64,000 bases of DNA, from assembly GCA_934183165.1 (NCBI GenBank), contig CAKPRZ010000001.1:119833-183832 (forward strand), given 5' to 3'. The position numbers and the translations under genes are program-made. The notes under the pieces were generated by a model. The model searched no databases. It worked only from the letters and a program-made list of their open reading frames with translations, and was not told the DNA's origin. This document shows, piece after piece, positions 1 through 8,630 of this stretch. Source of the DNA: an uncultured Bacilli bacterium (lineage in GTDB: Bacteria > Bacillota_I > Bacilli_A > RF39 > UBA660). Numbering within the stretch: the stretch's first letter is position 1; every line of letters starts with the position of its first letter.

Positions 1-281
1 TCTTTCATAAAAAAGTATTTTCCATACTTTTTAGCGAATTCTTTTCCACCAAAGTATCCCATTGCATATATTATTACTGCACAAAATACACTGCCAAAAA
101 GTCCTGTAAAAAATGCACCCCAAAATGAAAAAATTCCTTTGCCAGCCAATATTCCACCTGTTGCCAAGATTAGTTCACTAGGTATTATTATTATTACGGC
201 TTCTAAAATCATTCCCAAGAACATACCCAAATAGCCAAAATTGTTTATCAAATTTAATACATAATGCTCCAAATATATCAC
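1..281 (-). CDS. DedA/SNARE-associated (TVP38/TMEM64) family membrane protein, N-terminal part; gene runs off the window start
   Basis: My own minus-strand translation (281 down to 1) reads ...LNLINNFGYLGMFLGMILEAVIIIIPSELILATGGILAGKGIFSFWGAFFTGLFGSVFCAVIIYAMGYFGGKEFAKKYGKYFFMKE.... This has the DedA hallmark (GY-G-F...E-x4-P-x-P-x-E...G block). It is absent from the ORF track because the frame is open at the window edge. The start codon is uncertain (TTG/GTG around 272-281). Confidence 0.5.
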   Translation of the reverse strand, partial: MIYLEHYVLNLINNFGYLGMFLGMILEAVIIIIPSELILATGGILAGKGIFSFWGAFFTGLFGSVFCAVIIYAMGYFGGKEFAKKYGKYFFMK

Positions 282-388
282 CTATCAAATTATATTATTA
301 TATTTTTTTAAATATGAAACAATTGACCTATGTCATTTTATTTAATATAATTTAATGTAACCGAATATAATTAATGGAGGTTTTATTT

Positions 389-910
389 ATGACAGAAAAG
401 ATTGTTAATTTTTTATTAGGAATTTCTAGTGGATTACAAACAATTCCATTTGGGAGAGAATTAGTTGCGTTTTTTCTTTCCATGTTTCCAATTCTAGAGT
501 TAAGAGGAGGAATCCTTGCAGCTAGAGCACTAGGACTCAATCCTATCATTTCTTTTATAATTTGTTATATTGGCAATATATTGCCTGTTCCATTTATTTT
601 GTGGTTAATCAAATCAATCATAGATAAAATGCGTAATGGAAACATAAGTCTTTTCAAGAAGTTTGTTAAATGGATTGATAAGAAGGTCGATCAAAAAAAA
701 GGACAAATCGAAAAATATGGTTTTTGGGGGCTTGTACTTTTTGTTGGTATTCCACTTCCTGGAACTGGTGCCTGGACAGGATGTTTAATTGCAGCCATGC
801 TTGAAATAGATAAAAAGAAAGCATTTTTAGCAGCGTGCATTGGTGTATTAATGGCTGGAATAATCATGTCTGTATTATCAATAGGTATATTTGATGGAAT
901 TTTAGGATAA
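389..910 (+). CDS. Small polytopic membrane protein (COG2426 / small multidrug-export-like family)
   Basis: The ORF track starts at 374, but the ATG at 374 lies inside the ATGGAGG Shine-Dalgarno. The ATG at 389 is 7 nt after GGAGG and is the likelier start. The hydrophobic protein has the ELRGGI block typical of the small multi-drug export-like family (assignment tentative). Confidence 0.45.
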   Translation: MTEKIVNFLLGISSGLQTIPFGRELVAFFLSMFPILELRGGILAARALGLNPIISFIICYIGNILPVPFILWLIKSIIDKMRNGNISLFKKFVKWIDKKVDQKKGQIEKYGFWGLVLFVGIPLPGTGAWTGCLIAAMLEIDKKKAFLAACIGVLMAGIIMSVLSIGIFDGILG

Positions 911-1012
911 AATAATTATTGTAGATTTATTTATTAAAGTATATTAAACATCATAATTAAACTCATATGAAAAATTTATAATAAATTTATTGTAATTTTA
1001 CATTTTAGGTAT

Positions 1013-1039
1013 TGACATCTTAAATATATATGTTATAAT
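1013..1039 (+). promoter_or_regulatory. Sigma-A-like promoter for tRNA-Gly (TTGACA ... TGnTATAAT)
   Basis: TTGACA at about 1013-1018 and an extended -10 TGTTATAAT at about 1031-1039, roughly 19 nt upstream of the tRNA 5' end. The spacer is slightly short (about 15 nt by my count). Confidence 0.4.
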
Positions 1040-1057
1040 TTTAGATGTCTACTTGAT

Positions 1058-1131
1058 GCGGACGTAGTTTAGTGGTAGAACCTCAGCCTTCCAAGCTGAC
1101 TATGTGGGTCCGATTCCCATCGTCCGCTCCA
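1058..1131 (+). tRNA. tRNA-Gly (anticodon UCC)
   Basis: GCGGACG acceptor stem, D-arm AGTTTAGTGGTAGAAC, anticodon stem-loop CTCAGCCTTCCAAGCTGAC (loop CTTCCAA, anticodon TCC), T-arm GGGTCCGATTCCCAT, encoded CCA end. Confidence 0.85.
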
Positions 1132-1177
1132 TATTTGTGATTAGAACTTTGCTTATAGCAGAGTTTTTTTATTGCCA

Positions 1178-1209
1178 TCACATAGTCAGCTTAGAAGGGT
1201 TCTACCACT
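1178..1209 (-). repeat. Inverted partial copy (about 30 nt) of the internal part of the adjacent tRNA-Gly
   Basis: The reverse complement of 1181-1209 (agtggtagaacccttctaagctgactatg) matches tRNA positions about 1071-1104 (agtggtagaacc...aagctgactatg). A small deletion/mismatch patch removes part of the anticodon stem. Confidence 0.5.
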
Positions 1210-1247
1210 TTATATAACTACTCACCTATATTGATAAACATTAAAAT

Positions 1248-1976
1248 TTATTTACCTATCGAAACCAAATTATTTTTATATTCGATTACCTGATCAAAAA
1301 AATTAAACCATTTTATTTGAACACAAAATCTACATTTTTCATATTTAACATTATAATTTAAATTTCTAGATTGAGGCTGTATAAAAAGCGATCCAACATG
1401 TAATCCTGTAGAATTTAGATTTGCATGACTAAGTATAATACTTATAATGTCATGCTTTTTTATATAAACAAAATCATTTACTCTACCACATATAAGTGCA
1501 TCTATCTCTTCGAACCCTTTTTCTCTACCTTTTAACACAAAACGATAAATGCATTCCTTTATAAATTTCTCGTTATTAAAATATTTGTTCATTAATTCAA
1601 TATCTTGTTGGTGTTCTTTTTTGTATTCTTGGACACTTATTCTATTATTACCACTTCCATTAGTAGTACCATCTGCATATTGAAACTTTAAATACTTAAC
1701 TATAATATTCCGTGGTATTTTATTTAGAATCAAAAAGTGGATAAACTCAGAAATAGGTTCTAAATGGAAAGATCCATTATCACCTAATTTTAGACTTATT
1801 ATTTTTTGAATGAAACCTATTGTGACAAAGAAATCACCTTTTGACTTTGTATAATTCTCTCTTGCATATACAACACTATCGTCATCTATATTATCAAATA
1901 AATCATATAACATATCTTGCATAAGTGGATTTAATTCTCCTACTCTTCTATTATTCAAATAATAAACAAATGACAA
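1248..1976 (-). CDS. Hypothetical soluble protein (242 aa), no family recognised
   Basis: Long ORF with coding-like composition; no motif I can name. Confidence 0.45.
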   Translation of the reverse strand: MSFVYYLNNRRVGELNPLMQDMLYDLFDNIDDDSVVYARENYTKSKGDFFVTIGFIQKIISLKLGDNGSFHLEPISEFIHFLILNKIPRNIIVKYLKFQYADGTTNGSGNNRISVQEYKKEHQQDIELMNKYFNNEKFIKECIYRFVLKGREKGFEEIDALICGRVNDFVYIKKHDIISIILSHANLNSTGLHVGSLFIQPQSRNLNYNVKYEKCRFCVQIKWFNFFDQVIEYKNNLVSIGK

Positions 1977-2103
1977 TTCATTTTTTATTCCAATATTTAA
2001 TATAAATATTCACCTCCCAACTAGATTATTAAACAAAAAAAGAAAAAATCATCAAAACAATAAAAAAAATTAGCATATTTAATGCTAATTAATGTAAAAC
2101 ATC

Positions 2104-2340
2104 TTACTTTCTTATTGTATATATTTCGTCAAGATTAGTAGGTGTTACCACTTCAAATTTCGATATATCAAGACTATTATCGCTTTTTTCAGATCTCTTT
2201 GACACTTTTTTTGGATAACTTCGATCTAAAATATCACGCAATACGCTTAACTGTTCAGGTGTTAGCATATCTATTATTGCATCTATTGCATTAATCATGT
2301 TATGTAACTCTTGCTTTGTTTTATCATTATCTGTAATCAT
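2104..2340 (-). CDS. Small hypothetical protein (78 aa); weak Spo0E-like helical phosphatase resemblance (QEL..MI block)
   Basis: ORF has a plausible upstream RBS context. The Spo0E-like call is only a weak motif impression (KTKQELHNMINAIDAII). Confidence 0.35.
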   Translation of the reverse strand: MITDNDKTKQELHNMINAIDAIIDMLTPEQLSVLRDILDRSYPKKVSKRSEKSDNSLDISKFEVVTPTNLDEIYTIRK

Positions 2341-2476
2341 TTAAAAATCCCCCTTTAAAAAGATAATGGACTAATTATACCACAACTTTAGTTATTTTGC
2401 AATTTTTATTTTCTTTTAAAATAAGTTGTAATTTGTATACAATAATATATATAATATAGTAAAGAGGGGATGCAGT

Positions 2477-3559
2477 ATGTCAACTATTAAAGATTATTTA
2501 AAATATTATAAAAACTCAACATTTGATGAATATAAATTTAATGAACTTGATAATATTCTTTTTTCAGAACTATCTTATATCAATTGGAAAGAAATTGTAT
2601 CAGCTGGTATAAAGAAAATAAAGTTAAATGACGCTATTAAAATATATCTAGATAACCTTTCCAATACAGAAAAAGAAAAAATGTCACCATTTATGAAAAG
2701 CAACATTGATAACCTTGAAATCATTAAAGATTCAATTAGATATAAACATTGTTATCTATCAAATTTCATAAACGATGTTAATGATAAAAAGCAATTTGGA
2801 GCCCTATGTATAATGTTCAATGAGGAAGATTGTTATGTTGGGTTTAAAGGCACTGATTCAACACTAGTTGGTTGGAAAGAAGACATGGCTCTTGGGTACA
2901 CATTCCCTACTCTAGCACAAGTTGATGCCATCAATTATTTAAATCAAGTAATAAGTTGGAAAGTTAAAAACGTTTATGTTGGTGGGCACTCCAAAGGTGG
3001 AAATTTAGCCATGTGTGCATATATGTATGCACATAAAAAAGTAAAGAAAAAAGTAAAACAAGTTTTTAACAATGATGGACCTGGCTTTAGAGACAAAGAA
3101 TATAAATCTAATGAATATCAAGATTTATTATTAAAACTCAAAATGTTTGTTCCAGAAGGAAGTATTGTAGGGATTTTATTAAATAGTCCACCATATTTTA
3201 AAGTAGTTAAATCTACTAATAATGGACCATATGAACATGATTGCAATACATGGATGTGTTTTGGTTCTTTCTTTGTTGAAGGTATTCAAAGCAATATAAG
3301 TAAGAAATTTAAAGAAAAAACAGATGAATTTATTAATAATTATACTGATTCAAAAAAAGAAAAATTAGTAAATAGTTTCTTTAAAGTACTAGAAGAAGCT
3401 AATATCAAAAGTTTTAATGAAATATCATCTATGCAATGGAACCAATTTGTAGAAATAGTAAAAGGTATAAATGATATTGATGCTAAAACTAAAGATCTTT
3501 TCTTGGATGTATTTAAAAACTTTATTATGAAAAGGAAAGATAAAGATAAGAAAAAATAA
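2477..3559 (+). CDS. DUF2974 / Mbeg1-like alpha/beta-hydrolase (lipase class-3-like)
   Basis: GGHSKGGNLA nucleophile-elbow block (GHSxG) within a 360-aa protein, plus family-typical N-terminal layout. RBS AAAGAGGGGA precedes the ATG. Confidence 0.7.
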   Translation: MSTIKDYLKYYKNSTFDEYKFNELDNILFSELSYINWKEIVSAGIKKIKLNDAIKIYLDNLSNTEKEKMSPFMKSNIDNLEIIKDSIRYKHCYLSNFINDVNDKKQFGALCIMFNEEDCYVGFKGTDSTLVGWKEDMALGYTFPTLAQVDAINYLNQVISWKVKNVYVGGHSKGGNLAMCAYMYAHKKVKKKVKQVFNNDGPGFRDKEYKSNEYQDLLLKLKMFVPEGSIVGILLNSPPYFKVVKSTNNGPYEHDCNTWMCFGSFFVEGIQSNISKKFKEKTDEFINNYTDSKKEKLVNSFFKVLEEANIKSFNEISSMQWNQFVEIVKGINDIDAKTKDLFLDVFKNFIMKRKDKDKKK

Positions 3560-3565
3560 AAATTT

Positions 3566-3603
3566 AAAACTCAAGTTAATTAATCAAACTTGAGTTTTTT
3601 TTA
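3566..3603. terminator. Bidirectional rho-independent terminator between convergent genes
   Basis: aaaactcaagtt-aattaatca-aacttgagttttttttatt: perfect 11-bp stem flanked by an A-run and a T-run. Confidence 0.7.
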
Positions 3604-3611
3604 TTATATTT

Positions 3612-5408
3612 CTATATAGCTTTACCATTAACAAATAATTTATATCCATTAAAATTAATATTACTGTTTGTTTTATCTTTATTATTTAATTCTGTAATAT
3701 AAGTATCTTTAGTTAAAGTTATTGATGATGTACTGTCCAAAGATAATTTAATTTTCTTTGCAGTATTGTCACTATTAATTGCTCCTTTATAAGAAGATTG
3801 ATTAGTAAGATTCATTTCTAATGTTGATATAGAGTCTACAACAATATCTCCGGATATTTTTTGATTATCTAATATAAGATTTACTATTCCTCCATTAGAA
3901 CCATTATTTCCCCAAGAGTCTTTTTGTATCCTTAAAAAATTACCAGTTTTATCATTATTTATAATTGTATTGTTACTTAATGATATTGTTGCATTGGTAT
4001 TAGTAACATAGAATGAATCTCCTTTATTGGTTGTAATTGTACTGTCTTTTGATGTGAACTTAGCTTCTCCATTTGCTGCATCACCACTCATTGATTGATA
4101 TAAAAATATATTCTTATAAGTTGTTGATTGTCCATTTAATGTATTATTAGTATCAATTAGTTCAACATTATCTAAGGTAACAGAGTTTTTTCCTTCTATT
4201 ACAACACCTTCAGATGCTTTAGATATCAATTTAGCATTTTTTACAGAAACATTTGCTGTTGAGTAAATTGCTGGAGAGCCTTTTCCTGTTGTTGTATAAG
4301 TTCCTTTATCTACGGAAACAGTTCCACCACCTCTATCTGTTCTAATGGCAGCTGATGATGTTCCAGCAGTATTTATTGTTAAGTTGTTAGCATTTAATAC
4401 ACCTCCACCAGTAGTCATTATTCCTCCAGAATTATCTTTAGAAGTTGTAATAACAGAATCGCTTATTGTAAGAGTTGTTCCATCACTAGATGAATTGTTC
4501 GTAGTCGCACTTCCTCCATAACTGAAAACACCATTAGCTCCTGTCGCATCAGTTGTAACTTTAATATTATTAATAGTTAATTTCGCACCATTTCTTGCAA
4601 TTATAGCCGAATTAGTTCCGTAAAAACTAGTGTTATCACCACCATCTGAATCTCCTGTTTTTGAAACAGTTATTCCTGATAGTGATGCTGTAACTTTTGA
4701 AGCCGATATTGAGTTTTGATCTTTTGTTGTTGAAGTATATTCACCTTCAGTTATGTTTTCATTATCTTTAAGTTCTTTTGAAGATGAATATGATGCTTTA
4801 TTATTTTCGTTATTATTAAATGTTAAATTTGCTTTTGTAGAATTATTATTTAAGAAATATTTTTTAGTAAGTTTTAAATCTATAAAAGTTAGTAAACTTG
4901 TAGAAAGGATTGTAATTAATATCAATATAATTATTTTATCTTTATTATAATAAGTTTCTTTTATACTTTTTTGGTTTAATTTTGACATAACAAGATGAAC
5001 TACTAATATTGATAATAATAAGGATTCTATACCAAATATAATGAAGTAGCAAGTTGGTAAATTAGTAGTTGAATTTTTCATATCAGGTGGTGTATTATCT
5101 GGTTTTTCCATTGGTTGTTGATTTTTATTTTCCTGTTCATTATTTTGGTTATCAGTTACAGTGAAATTTTTAGATTTTTCAGTTGTAGATTTATTATCAC
5201 TTGACTGATTATTATTTGTATTATCGTCTGGTTTTTCTGGTGGTTGGTTACTGTTATTATTGCTTGGTTGAGTCATATTATTTGGTGGCTGATTTCCATT
5301 ATTAGTAACTTTAACATTATTTTTAGCATAAAACATGGTGAAAATCATACTTGCTATTAAAGCTACAATCAAAACGATTATTATTATATTTTTATTTTTT
5401 TTATTCAT
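3612..5408 (-). CDS. Surface protein with two TM segments, an Asn/Gln/Pro-rich disordered spacer, and C-terminal parallel beta-helix-like repeats (adhesin-like)
   Basis: N-terminal TM, then about 100 aa of N/Q/P/T-rich low complexity, a second TM, then a repetitive Gly/Thr/Ser/Asn-rich region with a periodic pattern typical of right-handed beta-helix passengers (e.g. GGIMTTGGGVLNANNLTINTAG). Confidence 0.55.
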   Translation of the reverse strand: MNKKNKNIIIIVLIVALIASMIFTMFYAKNNVKVTNNGNQPPNNMTQPSNNNSNQPPEKPDDNTNNNQSSDNKSTTEKSKNFTVTDNQNNEQENKNQQPMEKPDNTPPDMKNSTTNLPTCYFIIFGIESLLLSILVVHLVMSKLNQKSIKETYYNKDKIIILILITILSTSLLTFIDLKLTKKYFLNNNSTKANLTFNNNENNKASYSSSKELKDNENITEGEYTSTTKDQNSISASKVTASLSGITVSKTGDSDGGDNTSFYGTNSAIIARNGAKLTINNIKVTTDATGANGVFSYGGSATTNNSSSDGTTLTISDSVITTSKDNSGGIMTTGGGVLNANNLTINTAGTSSAAIRTDRGGGTVSVDKGTYTTTGKGSPAIYSTANVSVKNAKLISKASEGVVIEGKNSVTLDNVELIDTNNTLNGQSTTYKNIFLYQSMSGDAANGEAKFTSKDSTITTNKGDSFYVTNTNATISLSNNTIINNDKTGNFLRIQKDSWGNNGSNGGIVNLILDNQKISGDIVVDSISTLEMNLTNQSSYKGAINSDNTAKKIKLSLDSTSSITLTKDTYITELNNKDKTNSNINFNGYKLFVNGKAI

Positions 5409-5566
5409 TTAATCATCTCCTCAATTTAAATATACTAAATATTTGAATATCATTTTGACATATTTTGTTTTATTATCACTTTTCCTTTCATGAGTATATC
5501 TTAGTATAATTTTATTAAATGAAAATTAATTAAAGAAAAAAAGTTTTAAAATTAAAACTTTTTATA

Positions 5567-6646
5567 CTACTGATATTTTTCTATCTTCTCTACTTTTAAG
5601 GCAAAATATGGAATATCTTTACCTTTTTCTTTTATGAATAATGTGAATACATCATTAACATCTAAATTTCTTGAAACCTCATGAATTGCTGATGTTGTTT
5701 TTGTCATATCGATAGCGGATTCACTTTTTATTTTTCCACCTGCCTCATCCATCTTAAAGCTTATACTTTGAATAGCCTTTTCAATTATACATGTATCTCC
5801 GTCAAAAGCTATAAATGGTTTATTGGCCAGTTCTATATATTCTTTTTTTATATCAAATTCCATAAATGGGGCTTTAAAAGAATCTTCACTAGTAAATTTA
5901 TGATTTCCAGTATATTTTTTACTTTCACTAATCATATTGTTATACATTCCTTTGAATGTTGAACCTTTTGGATTTTTATAAAAGATAACACTGTCACCAT
6001 CTTTAGTAGCAATTGATACCGCAAAATCATCACTATTATTATAAAATAAGATTTCAAGTTGACTACGTACATTACTTTTTGCATTCTTTGAAATACCAAA
6101 ATATTTAATATTTTTATATTTTCCAAAGGTTGATTTACCCATTTTTTTAAATTTATATTTGTACTCAAATTCTCTATATAACATTGAATAAAAGAAATAT
6201 CTTTTTACATTCATATTATTTTCATTATTTAAATTATCTTGATCCCAATTAAAATCATTTAATATATCACTTGTCTGATTAAACTTATCTTTGATGCCTT
6301 GTTCTATTTCTTTTTTTAATTCTAAACTCTTTAAACCATATTTTTTATAATAGTATTTGCTAGAAATCATATTTTCATTAAACTCTTCTTTATTAAGATT
6401 TTTAGCCATTTTTTCTTGAGGTGAAAATTCAATATCTTGTTTAACAACTTCATTTTTCATATCGTTCCATACAAGTTGAAAACTACCACACCAAGCAGTA
6501 TCACTGATCACATCATCTAAAAGTGTTGGTACTATTGTAATATCTTGATTATATTTTTTAGAATGATTGTTTTGAAACAAAATAAAATAGGAAATTAATA
6601 TTAAACCTAAACATATAAAACCAATAATTAATATTCTTTTTTTCAT
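5567..6646 (-). CDS. Membrane-anchored secreted protein (359 aa); possible divergent serpin-like fold (low confidence)
   Basis: N-terminal signal-anchor. The C-terminus (FKMDEAGGKIKSESAID...FTLFIKEKGKDIPYFALKV) loosely resembles the serpin hinge / C-terminal F-x-x-D-x-PF-x-F-x-I motifs. Confidence 0.4.
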   Translation of the reverse strand: MKKRILIIGFICLGLILISYFILFQNNHSKKYNQDITIVPTLLDDVISDTAWCGSFQLVWNDMKNEVVKQDIEFSPQEKMAKNLNKEEFNENMISSKYYYKKYGLKSLELKKEIEQGIKDKFNQTSDILNDFNWDQDNLNNENNMNVKRYFFYSMLYREFEYKYKFKKMGKSTFGKYKNIKYFGISKNAKSNVRSQLEILFYNNSDDFAVSIATKDGDSVIFYKNPKGSTFKGMYNNMISESKKYTGNHKFTSEDSFKAPFMEFDIKKEYIELANKPFIAFDGDTCIIEKAIQSISFKMDEAGGKIKSESAIDMTKTTSAIHEVSRNLDVNDVFTLFIKEKGKDIPYFALKVEKIEKYQ

Positions 6647-6690
6647 AACCTACTCCTTTAATAAAATATATCATAAAAAGCTAGTTAATG

Positions 6691-7911
6691 CTATTTTTTT
6701 AGTATTACTTTAAATGTTGTTTTATTATCTACAGACATAGCTGATATTTTTCCATTATGATTAGTGACGATGTTTTTAGCAATTGCTAGTCCTAATCCAT
6801 ATCTATTTTCTTTTCTACTACGTGATTTGTCTACCCTATAGAATCTTTCAAATATTTTTTCTCCTTCACCAACAGGTATTTGACTTCCGTAATTTATAAC
6901 TTCTATAATGATATCATTGTTTTGTGAATGTAAATTCAAAGAAATGTTTTTGCCTTTACTAGAGTGTTCAATAGCGTTATCTAAAAGAATTTCTATTAAT
7001 TGTTTTATACTGTTTTCATCGAATTTTAATATAATATTATCCTGAATCTGATATTTTAATTTTATATTTTTTTCAAAAGCACGAACCTCAAAGGTCAAAA
7101 CTGAAAGTTCAACAACCTTAGATAGATTTGCTTCTTTCATTTCTAATAATTCTGTCTTTTCACTAGAGGCTAAACTAAGTAAATCTGTTATTAATAGATT
7201 CATTCTATTTGATTCATTTTTAATATTATTTATCCATTTAAGTTCTTTTGGATTTTCTTCTAAAGCTTCACTTGATGCAATTATTACAGAAAGAGGTGTT
7301 TTTAACTCATGAGATGCATCTGTTATAAATTGTTTTTGGTTTTCAAAAGATTTCTTAACGGGAATTATGATCCAATCAGTTATTATTTTTGATATAGCAA
7401 AAGCAATAATCTCTAATATTAATAGTATTAGCAACGATAAGCCTAAACTATTTTTAAGATTTGTTTTAATATTATCGTTATCGAATATGATTAAAGCATT
7501 ATCTTGTGAATAAATATAAGAGTAATCACTAAAATATAGATTATTAACATGAGTTTCATCTTTCTCGACTTTAGAAAGTACTTTTAAAGCATATTTTTCA
7601 ATGTTTTTGTTTGAATCTCCCATATTTGAGTGATCTATAACTTCTTTTATGTTGTTTTTCTCATCTATTAAAACTGTATAAATAACAGAGTCTAAAACCA
7701 TAATATTTTTAGTGTCATTTTCTTTAGGAGGAGGGACATCATCTTTATCGTTTATTTTTTGATTGTTGTCAAGCATTACGTTCATACTATTTATTATGTT
7801 ATTTTTGTTTTCAATGTATTTTTGAAAATTAAAGAAAATAACTAATGAAATTATTGTAATACTAAATATTAAAAATATTGTGTAAAAAACCTTATTTTTT
7901 AGTTTATCCAT
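6691..7911 (-). CDS. Two-component sensor histidine kinase (2 TM, HisKA + HATPase_c)
   Basis: Signal anchor and second TM; H-box TDASHELKTPLS; N/G boxes (NAIEHS, VINYGSQIP, GLGLAIAK). Confidence 0.85.
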   Translation of the reverse strand: MDKLKNKVFYTIFLIFSITIISLVIFFNFQKYIENKNNIINSMNVMLDNNQKINDKDDVPPPKENDTKNIMVLDSVIYTVLIDEKNNIKEVIDHSNMGDSNKNIEKYALKVLSKVEKDETHVNNLYFSDYSYIYSQDNALIIFDNDNIKTNLKNSLGLSLLILLILEIIAFAISKIITDWIIIPVKKSFENQKQFITDASHELKTPLSVIIASSEALEENPKELKWINNIKNESNRMNLLITDLLSLASSEKTELLEMKEANLSKVVELSVLTFEVRAFEKNIKLKYQIQDNIILKFDENSIKQLIEILLDNAIEHSSKGKNISLNLHSQNNDIIIEVINYGSQIPVGEGEKIFERFYRVDKSRSRKENRYGLGLAIAKNIVTNHNGKISAMSVDNKTTFKVILKK

Positions 7912-7912
7912 T

Positions 7913-8587
7913 CTATACCTCTACCCTATATCCAAGGCCTCTTAATGCTTTGATATTTACACTTGAACCAATTGCCTTTAATTTTTTTCTTATAAATGAT
8001 AAGTAAACCTCTAAATTATTTGATTCTGTATCACGATCAATACCCCAAACTTTATCATATATTTGATCTTTTGATAAAATCTGATTTGGATTGTTCATAA
8101 AATACTCCATTAAAAGAAATTCTTTACACACTAATTCAACAGTTTCATTTGTTTTAATGCAAGTTAGTTTTGATGATTTAGTATTTAATTCTAGGTCGTT
8201 AAAAATAATTACATTATCATTAGCTTTATCAGTTCCCCTTAACTGAATATTTATTCTTGCAACTAGCTCTTCAATATGAAATGGTTTAGTTATATAGTCA
8301 TTGGCGCCACCATTTAATCCTTGTAATTTATCATCAAGCATCGATTTTGCTGTAAGCATAATAATTTTACTATTTATCTTTTTTGTTTTAAGTTCTTTTA
8401 ATACTTGAAAGCCATTTTTTTCTGGCAACATAACGTCTAATACAATTAAGTCATACACTCCAGTCAAAGCAAGGTAACTTGCCTCTTCTCCGTCATGAGA
8501 AACATCAACTATATATTTTTCTTTAATAAGTTTTTCTCTTATTATTTCAGCAAGAGAATATTCATCTTCAACAACTAAAATTCTCAT
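7913..8587 (-). CDS. OmpR-family response regulator
   Basis: Receiver domain (MRILVVEDE...DLIVLDVMLP...) and winged-helix C-terminus (GYRVEV end). Its stop abuts the start of the kinase gene. Confidence 0.9.
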   Translation of the reverse strand: MRILVVEDEYSLAEIIREKLIKEKYIVDVSHDGEEASYLALTGVYDLIVLDVMLPEKNGFQVLKELKTKKINSKIIMLTAKSMLDDKLQGLNGGANDYITKPFHIEELVARINIQLRGTDKANDNVIIFNDLELNTKSSKLTCIKTNETVELVCKEFLLMEYFMNNPNQILSKDQIYDKVWGIDRDTESNNLEVYLSFIRKKLKAIGSSVNIKALRGLGYRVEV

Positions 8588-8630
8588 AAAATCACCTTCT
8601 TAAAGATATTATTAATTTATTAAACTAAGA

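Noticed and set aside
374-388. ATG at 374 as the start of the first plus-strand gene
   Set aside because: This ATG is part of the ATGGAGG Shine-Dalgarno. The ATG at 389, at optimal spacing, is the more credible start.
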